A stretch of DNA of 64,000 bases from Lama guanicoe (Eukaryota): NCBI GenBank assembly GCA_013239625.1, contig MU054323.1:19114819-19178818 (forward strand), given 5' to 3'. A program made the translations under genes and the position numbers. Position 1 is the first letter of the stretch. Every line of letters starts with the position of its first letter. The notes beneath the pieces are model-generated. The model saw only the letters and a program-made list of their open reading frames with translations. It had not been told where the DNA came from and made no database searches. Shown piece after piece: positions 47,814-62,240 of this stretch.

Positions 47814-50054
47814 GGAGAGGGGAGAAGAGGAGAGTAATTGCTCAGTTATTTTCCCTAAGATAGACTTCTTGGGAATAAGATGGCTTTCACCATGTCCCTC
47901 CTTGTTGCTGCATATAAGCCTTTGGTCATAGGTCCCTTCAATTCTATTTGAACACAAGTGGTAAAAAAAAAAAAAAACACATCTCTCAAAGACTTGCAAC
48001 ATGGCAAATGTGTATGTTGCTTAGGAATGTGATTACACATCTGTCTAACAACTTCTGTTTGGGAGTGGGAAATGCATTTCCCAGGGCCAAGAGCATATTT
48101 CAGCTGAGGCAGCAAGTTGGTTATAAGGTCCTAGGCTTTATTTCAGAAAATGAAAACCAAACCAATCAAACAGAAAGACAGGCAGGCCTCGAAGTCTAAC
48201 CAAGGCCTCATGTCTTTCTAAATTCCCTTTCATGAGTCCCACAGAGCACATCATACTGCTTAGAGTGAAATGAGGCCCTGCGTGTTCACTCCCTTATTCT
48301 TCTGTGTATGTTTCGAAAGATGCCAGTCTCAGAGCAGGCCCAGGTTTTAGAGCCATACCGTCAACGCCAGTGACGGACGTTTGCGTTCTGCATTCCTTTT
48401 TTTTTTTTTTTAAGAAAGTCATTTATATCAAAATCAGTCTCGGGAGGGCACAGAGTGGCAGCGTGGGATGGTTCATCACAGAGTATTTGGTTCATTATTT
48501 TGATCTGTGAAAGTGCAGTATGTGGCTGACATAGCCATCCCTCTGCTGCGAGAGGTCAGCTCCCCCCCAGGGACAGGTCTGATCCTCGCCTAGGGAGGCC
48601 CATCTGCCTTTGGACTGTCCTCTTCTGCTTCTGGCGCCTGGGGTCCCCTCTGCCCTACGCTCTCCCCATAAATCCAGAACTATGATTCATGAGATGTGAG
48701 CCTCCGAGAGTTATACAACTTGACATAATCTTGAAAAGTAAAATTTATTCTATATCCAAAGAGAGATATTTCTAGTCAGAGGCGTTCTGATGTTTAGCTG
48801 CATCTCTTAAATCTGCCTTAATATTTTAGTATTATATTTAACCCCTCATTCCCTTTCACTATAACTCAGAGTCACCATCATTGTAAGCTCTGATTTTAGC
48901 ATATCGGCTAGAAAGAGGGGGAAAAGGAGTAATTAATGATTGAAGGAAAATTTTTCCCTTTAATATTCCTTTCGAAGATAGTACAAGTAGTGCCTTTAAA
49001 TATAATGAAAGTTTACCACATACATTTACATAACTCCTGCCCCCTCCAGTCCCAGTCTTCCCATATTCATGTTCTTTATACCTGCATTATTTGCTATCAA
49101 TTCCTGTATCTTTCTAATGATACTTCATTTATCATTCTAATTTGTTTAACCTCTCTGAAATATCCTTTCTTAAATAAGGGCTAAAATTCTATGTGTGAAT
49201 TATGGAAGAGTCTCCAGAAACAAGATGAATCAATTTTTCAGCAAACAGCCATGCCATATAGGAAGTAAAAGGCTAAAAACATGTTAGCCGAGGTGTATAC
49301 TGTACCTACATATGACTTACAACAATCTGACCTGTGTTTCACAATATCTCTATTATTGTATTGCATGAAAATTAAGCATAAATGAGAAATGATTAATCTC
49401 ATGTCTGCATTTCTTTTTCATGCTAAACAAAAGCATGTTTTTCTCACCTCTTTGCATGCTTTCCAGTGTATAGAAATGACATGCGCTAAAGCATGAGTTC
49501 CTCAAAGGAAATACCACTTCATAGTGTGTCCCCAGTCTTAGCACAATGTCTACTTTATGAGAATTTCATAATAAATGTTGAATGAGTAAATCCTTATCTA
49601 TCCATACACCGAAGTCGACAGTCGTTTGTGAAAACATAGAAGCCTCATTTCAGACTGCCTTACTGACGAACTGAGATGATCACACCTACACAAGTCTCGA
49701 CTTATTTTTGAGACCCTTATCTGTGTCTGGCATTGCTCTATACTCTGGTCTACAGAGATGAAAAGCCACAGTCCATCCTCTCCAGAAGCTAACAGTCAGC
49801 TCAAGGGGGTGGATTAGACAAGAAAACAATGTGAAATCGCCGGATCATAAATTGCCTATGGGAGAGTGAAAAGGCCTGAATATACTGCTTAGGAATTTGA
49901 TTATCTTACAGGCAACAGGTGTATCTTGCATTATTTTTAAGCAGATAGTGACACATTAACAAGTAAGCAGTCTCACACTCCAAAAGCCGTAATTATCTGT
50001 ACCTATAACTCTAGCCCAGGGCTAATAATTCCTGGAGCTGCCATTCCAGCTTCC

Positions 50055-50230
50055 CTCTCAGTGGTTCGTATCCTCATCTGCTTATAAAAATCACCTGAAA
50101 GGCATAGGAAAAATAAAGTCTGGGCCTCAGTATTTTGAGTTTTCAATATGACTTGGGCTCAGGCATCATTTTTTAAAAGAAGCACCTCCAGGCAAGTCTA
50201 ATACTTGATCATGGTTGAAAATCATCGTCA
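50055..50230. mobile_element. MER5A-type MITE
   Basis: cagtggttcgtatcctc...aaaatcacctg...aagcacctccaggcaagtctaatac...ggttgaaaatca. Confidence 0.6.
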
Positions 50231-50875
50231 TTGTTCTGTTCATTTTCTTCCTTCCACATCTCAGAAGAACGCGGAATCAGAAATTCAGAGAGGAGCCTCT
50301 TAGTAGACGACTGATACTGGGGGCTATGGTAGTAGTGTGATGCTGCAAGAAATCACGCGAGTTTGTAACGCACCCATGTACTAGGAAACAAGTTAGTGAA
50401 GCTCTACTCTATCCATCCACTTAGACTCTCTGGGTAAAGACGTTCTAGCAGTGTCAGGCAAGCCAGGTCCAAATCTTACACTGATCTTTGATCTGATTCT
50501 GAAGATGAAGGAGGAAGGGAAAAGAGGAAAGAGAAAAAATATAAGGCCCTTAGGGATAGGGGAATTGAACGTGAAGGTGGGGAATGGGAAAAAGAGAGAC
50601 AGAAGTAAAAATAAATTGAAATGATAAATTCCCTCTCATCCTCATTTTGCCATCAAACTAACATGATTCCAGAGGAGTGGAACAAAGATGCCTTCTCCCA
50701 AATCTGGAAAAATAATTACTGTGGAGGCACTAGGTCTTTCCATGGAAAGGAAGTACTCGTAGGTTTTTATTATTTATCTTGATCAAAGATTTTTGTCATT
50801 GATAAAGTCACAAGAAAACAAATTACTCAATGTCTGAGTACTTTTGCAGCTTTCCACATTTTGCAGTTAGACTTT

Positions 50876-50919
50876 GCACGCACGCACACGCGCGCACGCA
50901 CACACACACACACACACAC
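50876..50919. repeat. (CA)n/(CG)n microsatellite
   Basis: Directly visible. Confidence 0.9.
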
Positions 50920-51199
50920 TCTTCAATACAAACACCCTAATAGGTGCCACAACATCATAGCATGGCCTTGACGGGCTGTATCATAGCAGCAGGCACTTGC
51001 CTTCAGGGTCCTTTTCAACACTCAGGGTCCACTGAACTTTATTATTTTCCTCACAGCTTTATTCCTTGAGCTGAGGCTTTTATTCTCACGTGAAATAAGA
51101 TTTTCTTGTGTCTCAACTGGGCAAGACCAAGAGATACACTAATTTTTGACTTCCAGACTAGAACAAAGGGATAATGGGATTTACTCTAAAAAGCTTTAT

Positions 51200-51670
51200 A
51201 ATAAATTCTCTAAATATCCCACCTCTTGTATAAAGTTATATTTAGATCTAGAAACGTAAGACACTAGTTGCCTTAACTTCTGTGAGAGAAGCTTAATTTC
51301 TTAAGTAACGAGATCCCTGGCGCTGAGCTCCCGGATGACGGCAGAGGCCCACGGACCTAGAGTCTGTTTTCCAGTCTGCCATTTTTTTTAGCACATGGGC
51401 TTTGTTCTCATGATCCCAAGATGGCCAACACCCTGCACTCACATGTTCTCTTCCCTGGAATGAGCAGGCAGAGACTCCAGTTGCTTACCTAGGATTTTGG
51501 AGAAAAATCCAAAGTTCCATGCCAGCTAGATTCATTCCTTGTAGAAAGGTTTTTCCGAAGGCCCACCCAGAAATTTTCTTTAACATTTCGTTGTCCGTAT
51601 CTTGATCATTTGGTCACGACTACCTGCAAGGAAGACCAACATGGGCTAAGTTGACCAGCCTAGTCTGTCA
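51200..51670 (-). mobile_element. MaLR (MLT1J-like) LTR
   Basis: ctcatgatcccaagatggcc...catttcgttgtccgtatcttgatcatttggtcacgactacctgcaaggaagac. Confidence 0.55.
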
Positions 51671-52427
51671 CCCAATTTCTCTCCTGTTCACCTCACCCCA
51701 ACTTTCTTTGTTCCTAAACTCTAATATCTGGAATACAATTAAGATGACCAGTAAGAGCCTCAAAGCTTAAACTCGTGGTTAAGATTGTTGGCATTCACAT
51801 CAGAAGCCACAGGTTTATGGAAGAGTTGGGTAAGTGTCAAGGATCACCTCGACACACAACAAATAATGTTTTCCTCATAAAAGTGCTGGAAGAATACTTC
51901 AGAACTTAGGCTTCTTAGTAACTGAGTAGTTAGTCTGACTTAAGCTTACTCAGTTCCTGTTGTGCCTAGGTGCTCTTTCAGAAAAACTAGGGGGGGAGAA
52001 AAAGAAACCAAAACCAAAAACAAACACCTGTGATTTTCTCTTTGAACTATTTTAGGATCTTGGCAGCAATTGGTGTTGACATATTAATATGGGAAGACAT
52101 TTTGGTGGCAGTGTTGCTTCTGTTGTTAACTTCCAATACTACTTACCAGTGGGAGGCCACTGATACTAAGATTAATGAAGTGGTTTCTTCATCCAAGAAA
52201 AGCAGGCAGGAGTATTATGTCTGTGAGTGTTCAGTGAATACATTTATTAATGCTAATTAGAAGTATTTAAGCTAATAAGTGTTCCCATGTTGTGTCTAAA
52301 TAATATATACTAGTTTAAAAACTCATTAAGTCTTTTTAATAAATATTTGAATCTACATTAGCAGTAGCCATTTCCAACCTAATTACTTGTTTTGGGATTT
52401 TTCTTGGCACATGACCACATCCATATA

Positions 52428-52513
52428 AACACACACACACACACACACACACTCTCTCTCTCTCCTCTCTCTCTCTCCTTCCCTCCCTCTCTCCCTCTCT
52501 CTCTCTCTCTCTC
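52428..52513. repeat. (CA)n(CT)n compound microsatellite
   Basis: Directly visible. Confidence 0.9.
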
Positions 52514-53329
52514 AAATGCCCATATTTATTCCAGAGAGTAGTTAAGTTTACTTTCCTAGTTCTCTGATTAAGGAGAATAAAACTTTCATTTCACTTAGGT
52601 ATTAACTAGACCTAAAGAATTTGAAATACTAAAAGTAAAGACAGACTATCGTTATTTAATTCTCACAAATTAAATTGTAATTAATTCTTAATGAATGGTT
52701 CTAGGAATTCTTCTTAGGAAACACTTAAATTTTGCTTAGTGGTTGTAATTCAAATATAGCAGCATTTTGATGAGTATTCAGATCTCAATAAAGTACTGTG
52801 GTTTCAGTAAGGGTTTCAGTAATTTTTCACCTTGTATTTTGTACTGTGACCTTCACATTTAAAGCAGTCATGACATTGCTGACAAAGATCTATGCTGTGT
52901 TGTAATTTTATTGTCAGTAGAAATTACACATGAGTTGCTTATATACTTCAAGGCAAGACAGTCCCTGCTTGAGGGTCAAAGCTTTGATTAGGATCACATT
53001 ACTGTTAGTGTGCAGACACATTCACATTTTGGTTTTGAAAAAAATACAGCATTCTCAGGAGTACAAATCTGCATTCTGTCCATAGACCTAACTGTCTACT
53101 ACTCTTATCAGAATTCACTCCTGGAATGAGTCACCAAACTAAAATGGTTAGAACTGTTTTTCTGAAAAACAGTGATATTTCTATTGGTAATAGTCCATCA
53201 CTAATCAACACTTAGAACGTCCATTTTTTTCTTGAAGCTATTATTTTATAACACAAATATTTAGCAATATAAAATCTGACTTAGACAAAAAGCATGCTCC
53301 CCTCTACTAAGATAAACTGAGTACCAACC

Positions 53330-54460
53330 AGTTTATCTTATACCCATTTTCAACCAGGGTACCAAGACCATTCAATGAAAGGAACAGACTTTTCAAGAAA
53401 TGGTACTGGAACAAATGGATATCCAGATGCAAAAGAATGAAGTTCACACCATATATAAATACTAACTTAAAATGGATCAAAGACCTAAATTTAAGAGCCA
53501 AAACTAAACGTGATTTTTGCAAATTATATATATGGTAAGAGATTAATATCTAGAATATATAAAGAGCTCCCACAACTCAAGAACAACAACAACAAAATAA
53601 ACCCAATTAAATTATAGATTAAGGACTTGAACACACATTTCTCCAAACATATACAAATGATTGTAAGTATGTGAAAAGATGCTCAACATCACTGGGGAAA
53701 TGCAAATTTAAACCATAGTGAGATAGCACTTCATATCTATTAGGATGGCTATTCTAAAAAACAGAAAATAACAAATGTTGGTGAGGTTATGAAGAAACTG
53801 GAACCCTTGTGTGCATCTGGCATGAATATAAATTATCACAGACACTGTGTTAGACAGTTTAGTGATTCCTCAAAAAGTTAAGCAGAGTCAGCATACCCAG
53901 CAATTTCACTCCTAGATATATACTCCAAGTAACTGAAAACAGGGGCATAGATACTACTGTGGCAATGTTTGTTGCTGCATTATTTACAATAGCAAAAAGG
54001 AGAAAACAATTCAAATGTCCATGAACAAACAACTGGATGCATAAAATATAACATAGCCATACAATGGAATAATATTTGGCCACAAAAAGGAATAAAGTAC
54101 TGCTAATGAACCTTGAAAACATTATGACAATTGAAAGAATCTAGTCACCACAGTCCACATATTATATGATTCCATTCACGGGAAAAGTTCAGAATAGGGA
54201 GATCTACAGAGACAAAAAGTGGGTTGTTGCCTAAGCCTGGGGGAGAGGGTGGAGAGGTGATGGGCAGTGATAGCGAAAGGACATGAGCCTCCTTTTTCAG
54301 GTGACGCTATGTTCTAAAATTGACTGTGATGATAATTGCACGTTATCTGTGAATATGCAAAAAACCCTAAGGAATTACACACTTTAAATGGGTGAATGAT
54401 GTGGCATGTGAATTCCATCTCAATAAAATAATACAGACTTAAACATTTAAAACTAAAGAT
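53330..54460 (+). mobile_element. L1MB/L1MC ORF2 end plus 3'UTR
   Basis: ttcaagaaatggtactggaacaaatggatatccagatgcaaaagaatg...gactgtgatgataattgcac...gtgaattccatctcAATAAA. Confidence 0.88.
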
Positions 54461-56849
54461 TTTTTAAAAAATTTGAATAGAACAGCTCTGCCATGCTTGA
54501 TCTCCCGTCTCCCCTTTGGAGCCCTCTCGGACAGCGTCTGTTGCTGTGTCTTCGGCTGTCCTACTGGTGATGTGAAAGCCTTCTTGTAAAAGCCCCAGCT
54601 CCTCCAGGTACTTGATATTGGAAGAACCAAGAGTGAAACAACAGAGGGATAAGCTATCAGTTAAGTGCTGAGTCAAAAATGACCTTGTTGACTCAGAAGT
54701 TAAAATGTGTGAATTTTTCCCTCAAATATAAACGGCAAGGCAAAATTATTTTCTTTCAACAATGGGCTAAAAAAAATTTTTGCCTTGCCACTTATATTTT
54801 TGACAACAACTCTGCAATGGAAGCAAGGTCCTTGAGAGGAGTTTCCAAATACTTTTACCTACCTTTCCCCCTTACCTATGTAGGTAGAAAAGAGACTCCT
54901 GCTCACTCAGCAAGAAGTCCTGGTGCTGACTGGTAGACGGATGTGATTGAGGTTTAGAACCTGAGCTCCCACTCAGGACTGATTAAGTCTGTGTTTGCTG
55001 TCTAACTGAAAATTAGTGGCTGACAAATATGCCCGAAGAGAGTAGTCTGTGATTAGTCATTATATCACACACATGCAAAGATGAAAAGGAAAAATTTCAT
55101 TAAGATGATGCAATTGATTGTATCCTGGAAAGAAGCTGACCTTTTGATGTAGACCTGTATCCATACATAGGAAGCAAGCACACAGCACTTTCTATAGGCA
55201 CATATATATTTTTTTCAGAATTTTCTACTCTATGGTATAATGGAAAGGTAACAGAGCTCTTTTAGAGAAAAAAATTTTCTATTACAAAAAAAATAAAATC
55301 CAGCCAACCATTTTGAACTATCAGAAAGAGCATAAAAACTTTGGCACAAATTTCCCAGTGGTATCCCCAGAAAACTGAAAGTTCAACCGAAAAGTGTCGA
55401 AACATGTCATTAAGCAGGACATTTACAACTTACTTTCTTCTCTCCAACAGTGAGCTTGGGGTGGGTTTTTTTTATTATTATTATTTCCTGTTAAATTATA
55501 ACTGATTCTAATTATTTTCTCTGTTTTTGAGTTGTTTAAAAAAAAAAGAGAGAGAAAGTTATTTGGGTGCGGTACTAGCTCTGTGATGGCAGACAAATAA
55601 CTGTTGCCTCAAGTTCTCCAAATGTAAAACTAGGACTGTAGCAGAGTGCTGTTATTTTACAGTTTCTGCTTTGACAAAATACATTCATTTCCCCCAATAT
55701 GTTTTCATATCATATTAGTTATTCATAAGAATGTGTATTCAAACACACAGACTAAAACCTTATGCTTATTAATTTACCTCGATTTATACTAATACCAAAG
55801 CCTGTCATTCAAACATATACTGACTAATCCATATATATACATATATCCAAATGTATTTATCCATGTATCTGTATATACATATATTACTTTTCATCATATT
55901 TTCATTTCTTATCCTTAGATTCTGGATGCTTTAAATGAAAAGTACTACAAAAATTGTTACACAGTCTATCAGTATGTCTTCTGTGTGGTATTTAAAGGGT
56001 AAACTGTAGAAGACTGGTGATATTTACGTATAGGACTCCATAATTTTACAAATCACTATGTTCTTTTTGCACATGCTTTGCAACTTCTGCCTCAGGCAAA
56101 GCCTAAAGAAAGGAGGCTCCTATTGGATAATTCTCTCCTTTCATTTCAAGGCGACTATAGCTTTTTTTTTTTTAATCTGAAATTAGGGTTAATCTTTCTC
56201 ACGCTTTAGAGACGTTTTAAGATTTTTTCCCTTCCATTTAAGTTTCTGTTTTTCCCTTCTCTCCCTCTCTGATCCATCCTTCCATCTCTCTTTAAATTAC
56301 TACCTGTCATACATTAAAAATTGGTGCTAAGTAGTAGGAATAAAAGTCAAAACAAAATTTTGAACCCCAAGGAGCTCTAAGTCTGGCAAAGGGGACAGGG
56401 AAGCAAAATTAATAATTTAATGCAGGATAAATCACAAGAGATAGGCACAGAGTGAGTTCTGGAAACAACAAAGATAACAACTCTGCACAAGTGTTCAGAT
56501 GATGGTTGGCTGAGAGAATGATACCAGAGTGACAGTCTACAGAGTAAGTAGGAAATAACAGGGAACAGGGCAGACGATAAAAAAAAATACATATATCCTC
56601 AAGGGAAAAGGTACATTTTTAATTGAAGAAATGCAAGCTTTGATATGGCTGTAGTTCCATGCATAGATACATTTTCATTTGACTGTTTTCACTCACTGTG
56701 GCCACCAGGGAATAAAGGCTTTTCTAGTGGGAACATCACTGCCAAGACAGTTTGCTCTTTGGGCTGATTTGAATCTACTCGTTGTTCTAATCTGAAGCAA
56801 ATCATTTGAAAGATTCTTAGTGTACTCAAATGGGAGTTTATCTTTTAAT

Positions 56850-59188
56850 TTTTTTAGAAGTATGGTTTTAAAATACTGTGTTAGTTTTAGGTGTATAGCA
56901 TATTCAGTTATTTTTTTCAGATTATAATCTATTATAGGTTATTGCAGGATATTGAATATAATTCTCAGCCCTATACAGTAAATCTTTGTTGCTTACCTAT
57001 TTCACGTGTAGTAGTTGTATCTGTTAATCTGTGTGCCTCATTTGTCCCTCCCTCACTCCTTCTTCCCTTTGATAACCATAAGTTTATTTCTATGTCTGTG
57101 GGTATGTTTCTGTTTGATATATAGATTCATTGGTATTATGTTTTAGATTCCACATATAAGTGATATCATATAGTATTTGTCTTTGTCTGATGTACTTCAA
57201 TAAGTATAATATTTTCTAGGTCTGTCCATGTTGCTGCAAATGGCAATATTTCATTGCTTTTTATGGCTATATAATATCCACTGTATATACACACCATTTC
57301 TTCTTGTGTCAGTCTGCTGTTGATGGGCACTTGGATTGTTGCGTGTCTCGGCTATGTAAATAGTGCTGCTATGAATACTGGGGTGCACTGGAATTAGGTT
57401 TTTTTTCCAGATAAATACCGAGGAATGGGATTGCTGAGTAATAGCGTAGCCCTAGTTTTAGTTTTCTAAGGACTCTCCATACTGTTTTCCATAGTGGTTG
57501 CACAAATGTACATTCCCACAAACAGTGTAAGAGGGTTCCTGTTTTTCATACACCCTCTTCAGCATTGATTATTTGTAGACTTTTTGATGATAGCCATTCT
57601 GACAGATGTGAGGTGATACCTCATTGTGGTTTTGATTTGCATTTCTCTAATAATTAGCAATATTGAGCATCTTTTCATGTGCTTGCTGGGCATCTGTGTG
57701 TCATCTTTGAAAAATGTCTCTTTAGGTTTATTGCCACTTTTCTTTCTTTCACTGTGGGAGACTGACCTAAGAAAATATTGCTATAATTTATGTCAGAATG
57801 TTTTGCCTATGTTCTCTTCTAGGAGTTTTATGGCATCATGTCATATTTAGGTCTTTAAACTATTTGGAGTCTATTTTTGTATGTAGTATGAGGGAGTGTT
57901 CTAATTTCAGTGATTTACATGAAGCTGTCCAGCTTTCCAAACTCTCCTTGTTGAAGAGAATGTCATTTCCCATTGTAGATTCTTGCTTCCTTTGTCATAG
58001 ATTAACTGGCTGCAGATGCTTGGGTTGACTTCTGGGCTGTCTATTCTGTTTCATTGAGCTACAGATCTTTTTTGTGACACTACCACACTGCTTTGATTCC
58101 TGTACCTTGGTAGAATAGTCTGAAGCCTAGAAGGGTTGTATCTTCAGCTTTGTTCTTTTACTTCAGGATTGCTTTGGCAATTCTGGAACGTTTCCTGGTT
58201 CCATGTAAACTTCAGAATTATTTGTTCTAGTTCTGTGAAAAATGTCATGGGTATTTTGACAGGAATTGCATTAAATCTGTAAACTGCTTTGGGGTAGTTT
58301 AGTCATTTTAATGATATTAGTTCTTCCAATCCAAGAGCACAGGATATCTTACCATTTACTTGAATCATGTTCGATTTTCTTTATCAGTTTTTTTTTTCAG
58401 TTTTCATAATACAGATCTTTTACCTCCTTGGTTAAGATTATTCCTAGGTATTTTATTTTTTATGTGATTTTTAAACAAGTGGGTTTTTTTTACTTTAATT
58501 TTCTGATATTTCATTATTAGTGTAAAGAAATGCAAAAGATTTCTATATATTAATCTTGTATCCTGCTACAGTGCTGAATTCATTTTAATTAGTTATAGGA
58601 TTTTTGTGTGTGGAGTTTTTAGGGTTCTCTATATAGAGTGTCATGTCATCTGAAAATTGTGACAGTTTTACCTCTTCCCTTCCAATTTGGTTATCTTTTA
58701 TTTCTTTTTCTCATCTGATTGCTATGGCTATGATTTCCAATACTACACTGAATAGAAGTGGTGAGAGTGGGCATCTTTGTCTTGTTCCTAAATTTAGCAG
58801 GCAGGCTTTAAACTTTCACAGCTGAGTTTTATGTTGGCTCTGGGTTTTTCATACATGGCTCTTAGTATGTTGAGAAATATTCCCTCTGTACCCTCATTGG
58901 TGAGAGTTTTTAAGAATGGATGTTGGCACACTGTCATAGGCTCTTTCTGCATCTATTGAGATGATCGTGTCATTTTGGTCTTTCCTTTTGTTAATGTGGT
59001 GTATCACACTGATTTGCATATGCTGAACCACTCTTGTGATCCCAGAATGAATCCAACTTGATTGTGGTGTATGAGCCTTTTTATGTATTGTTTGATTTGG
59101 TTTGCTAATATTTTGCTGAGGATTTTTGTATCTATATTCATCAAAGATATTGGCCTGTAATTTTTTCGTTTCTTTTCTTTTTTTCTTT

Positions 59189-59222
<34 letters not shown>

Positions 59223-62200
59223 TAGTGTCTTTGCCTGGTGTTGGTATGAGGGTGATGGTGGCCTCCTAGAATGAGTTTGGGAGTGTTCCCTTCTATTCAA
59301 TTTTTTCGAGTAGTTTGAGACAGATAAATATAAATTCTTATTTGTACCTTGGTAGAATTACCCAGTGAAGATGTGCAGTCCTGGACCTTTGTTTGCAAAA
59401 AGTTTTTTTTGTTTTAAAACTACAGATTCTATTTCATTTTTTTTACATTTTTTATTGAGTTACAGTCATTTTAGAATGTTGTGTCAAATTCCACTGTAGA
59501 GCACGAATTTTCAGTTATACATGAACATACATATATTCATTGTCACATTTTTTTTTTGCTGTGAGCATTTAGTTTGTTCAAATTATCTGTTTTTTCTTGA
59601 CTCGGTTTTGGCAGGCTGTATGCATCTAGAAATACAGTCATTTCTTCTAGGTGGTCCAATTTGTTGGTATAGAAGTATTCATAATATTATCTGAGGATTT
59701 TTTTATATTTCTATGGTATCAGTTGTTATTTCTCATTTTTCATTTCTTATTTTGTTTATTTAGGTCCTCTTCTTGGTAAGTCTGGCTAGAGGTTTGTCAA
59801 TTCTGTTTATCTCTTCAAAAAGCCTGCTCTTGGTTTCACTGATCTTTCCTAGTTTTTAATCTCTTTTTTATTTATATCCTCTCTGATCGTTATTATTTCC
59901 TTCCTTCTGATGACTTTGGGTTTTGCTCATTCTTCTTTTTCTAATTCTTTTAGGTGGTAGATTAAGTTGCTTATCTGAGATTTTTCTTGTTTCTTAAGGA
60001 AAGCCTTTATTGCTATGAACTTCCAGCTTAGAACTGTTCTTGCTGCATCTTACAGATTTGATAAGGCTATATCTTCATTTTCCTTGATGTATTTTGTGAT
60101 TTCTTTTTTGATTTCATCATTGACCCATTGGTTTCTGAGTAGCATGTTCTTAGTCTCCATGTGTTCAGTTTTTTCCTGTTTTTCTTTCCGTGGTTGATTT
60201 CTAATTTCATACCTTTGTGGTTAGAAAAGATGCTTGAAATAATCTTAAATTTGTTGAGGCTTGTTTTGAGACCTTATATGTAGTCTATTCTAGAGAATAT
60301 TCTATGCATGTTTGAAAAGAATGTGTATTCTGGTTTTTGGGGGGGTTTTTTGGGGGGATGTATATAGTGTCTTGTAGCTATCAATTAAATTCAACTGGTC
60401 TGTTATGTCATTTAGGACCTCTGTTGCCTTACTGGTTTTCTGTTTGGATGATCTGTCCATTGATGTCAGTAGGGTGCTAAATTCTCCTACTGTTATTTTA
60501 TTATTGTCACCTTCTCCCTTTATCGACAGGGACTAAAGGAGACAAAAGTCCTCCTGTTAGTATTTGTTTTATATATTTAGGTTTCATATTTTGGGAGTTC
60601 CTAATTTTTTTTTCATTTGTCTTTTTTTGGGATTGGGTGATTTTCACTATTCTATATTCCTGATCACTTACTTGTTCTGTATCATTTAGTCTGCTATTCA
60701 TTGCTTCTAGATAGGTTGTTATCTCAACAACTGAATTGTCTATTTTTGATTGGTTCATCTTTCTAGTTGCAAATTCCTTGTTACAGTGATCTGCTTTTCT
60801 ATGGATAATCTTTCTTAATTCAGTTAGCATTTTTATTACCACACTTTTGAATTCAGGGTCTAGAAGACTAGTGAGCTCTGTTTGTTCTTTTAATTGGGAG
60901 TTATTTCTTCTGCTTTTGATTAAACTTTCTCTGTTTCTTTGAATTCAGGAGAAACAGTTAACTACTGTGGTCTTGAAGAGGTGTTCTTATGTGGGAGCAT
61001 CCCTGTGTAGACTGTCTGTGTCCAATGTTTTTGGTGTAAGGGCTGATTTAGGTATGAATACCAGCCACTACTTTCCTCAGAGTGTATTGCACATTATCCC
61101 CTTGATAATGGCTGTCAATGAAGTATGTAAAGCCTGTGCAGCATATGAGGTGTGGCTTCACCTCTACTCGTGGCTCTCACTGCCTTGTCAGGGATGGAGT
61201 CTGCTCCCCAGTTGTTGGAGTAGAAGCCCTGAGAGTTGGGTTCGATGAGGCTCCACTGCCTTTGAGCGTGTGCCCTGCCCCAAAGGAGGTGATTGCTCAA
61301 GCAAATGAGGCCCGTGTGGTCACAGAGGACCTATGCATCACCTGTGTAGGCATCCATGGTTCCACTCAAAAGTAGCCCAGCGTTGCATCCTTTTTTCTAT
61401 TGTGTTCATCCCAGATCTAGTGCAAGGCTATGGCAGGGAGTAGGCTGGGCTCAGGGTGTTGTGGCTGAAGGAACTGAGGTGTTTGTGCTGCCACCTGAGA
61501 TCTGGGCTGCCCCTGTGGTAGTCTTCTCCCAGGACCTGTCTACCACAGAGGTGGTACCAAGCTGAGGTGTGGAGTGGGCCAACCCAGGTACTCAATAGGA
61601 GATGAACTTCTGTAATCCTAAGCTTGCTGACAATGGCAGTCACCACCCCACGCAGACGAAACCTCACATCATCTGGTCTGTCACTGTTTAGCTAGACAAA
61701 GTCTTTCCCCAAATCTTGAGCCAGGCTGTAGGATAGAGAGAGCTGGGCCAGGTTGTTCACTCCTTTGGATTGGGAACTGCAGTGAGGCAGCAGCTGCCAG
61801 TGCAAGACTCTCTCTGGGTCAATTGTTGGCAAGTCATCACATACACACTCCTCCTGAGTCCAGGCTTCTCCAGCCCTTCTGTTTGTCTCAGCAGATTTCC
61901 TAGCAGGCAATGGGAACTGCCTCCTCCAGGCAGGACCTCAGGATTGGAATGCCCAGATTGTGGCTCAGCCTACTTGCTTCCCAGAGCAAGAGTCTGCCTG
62001 TGCAGACCTTCTTTCCCTTACAGATACCTTTGAGGGGCATAGTTCTGGACCTGATGCCTTTTTTGCCATCCTGCTAGGTTACAGGGAGATCTTTCTTGCA
62101 GCTTTGGTTGTACAGGAGTTATTTTGCAAGTTTCCAGTTAGTTTTCAGGAAGAACTGTTCCATATGTAGATGTATTTTTGATGTTTTTGTTGGGGGAGGC

Positions 62201-62240
62201 GAGTTTCATGTCCTCCTGCTCTGCCAGCTTGATCCCCTCC
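56850..62240 (-). mobile_element. Cetartiodactyl L1 retaining both ends (3'UTR, ORF2 parts, ORF1 N-terminal remnant, ~1.3-kb 5'UTR) with internal deletions near 57740 and 60600
   Basis: ORF2 peptide [42 protein letters not shown]1 peptide VIKMLTELRK..LEAMNSRLNDTEQVSDQE. Degenerate TSD-like gtttatctttt / gttttatcatttt. Confidence 0.92.
59437..59566 (-). mobile_element. Young camelid-type L1 3' tip nested in the older L1
   Basis: ttttattgagttacagtcattttagaatgttgtgtcaaattccactgtagagcac...ttcattgtcacattttttttttgctgtgagc interrupts ORF2 text that is continuous in the paralogous L1 at ~23490-23530. Confidence 0.8.

Noticed and set aside
54439..54680. GC-richer exon-like patch with a nearby TGCTGAGTCA (ARE/MARE-like) motif
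   Set aside because: Peptides not recognised, splice signals weak, and a single motif is not evidence of a regulatory element.
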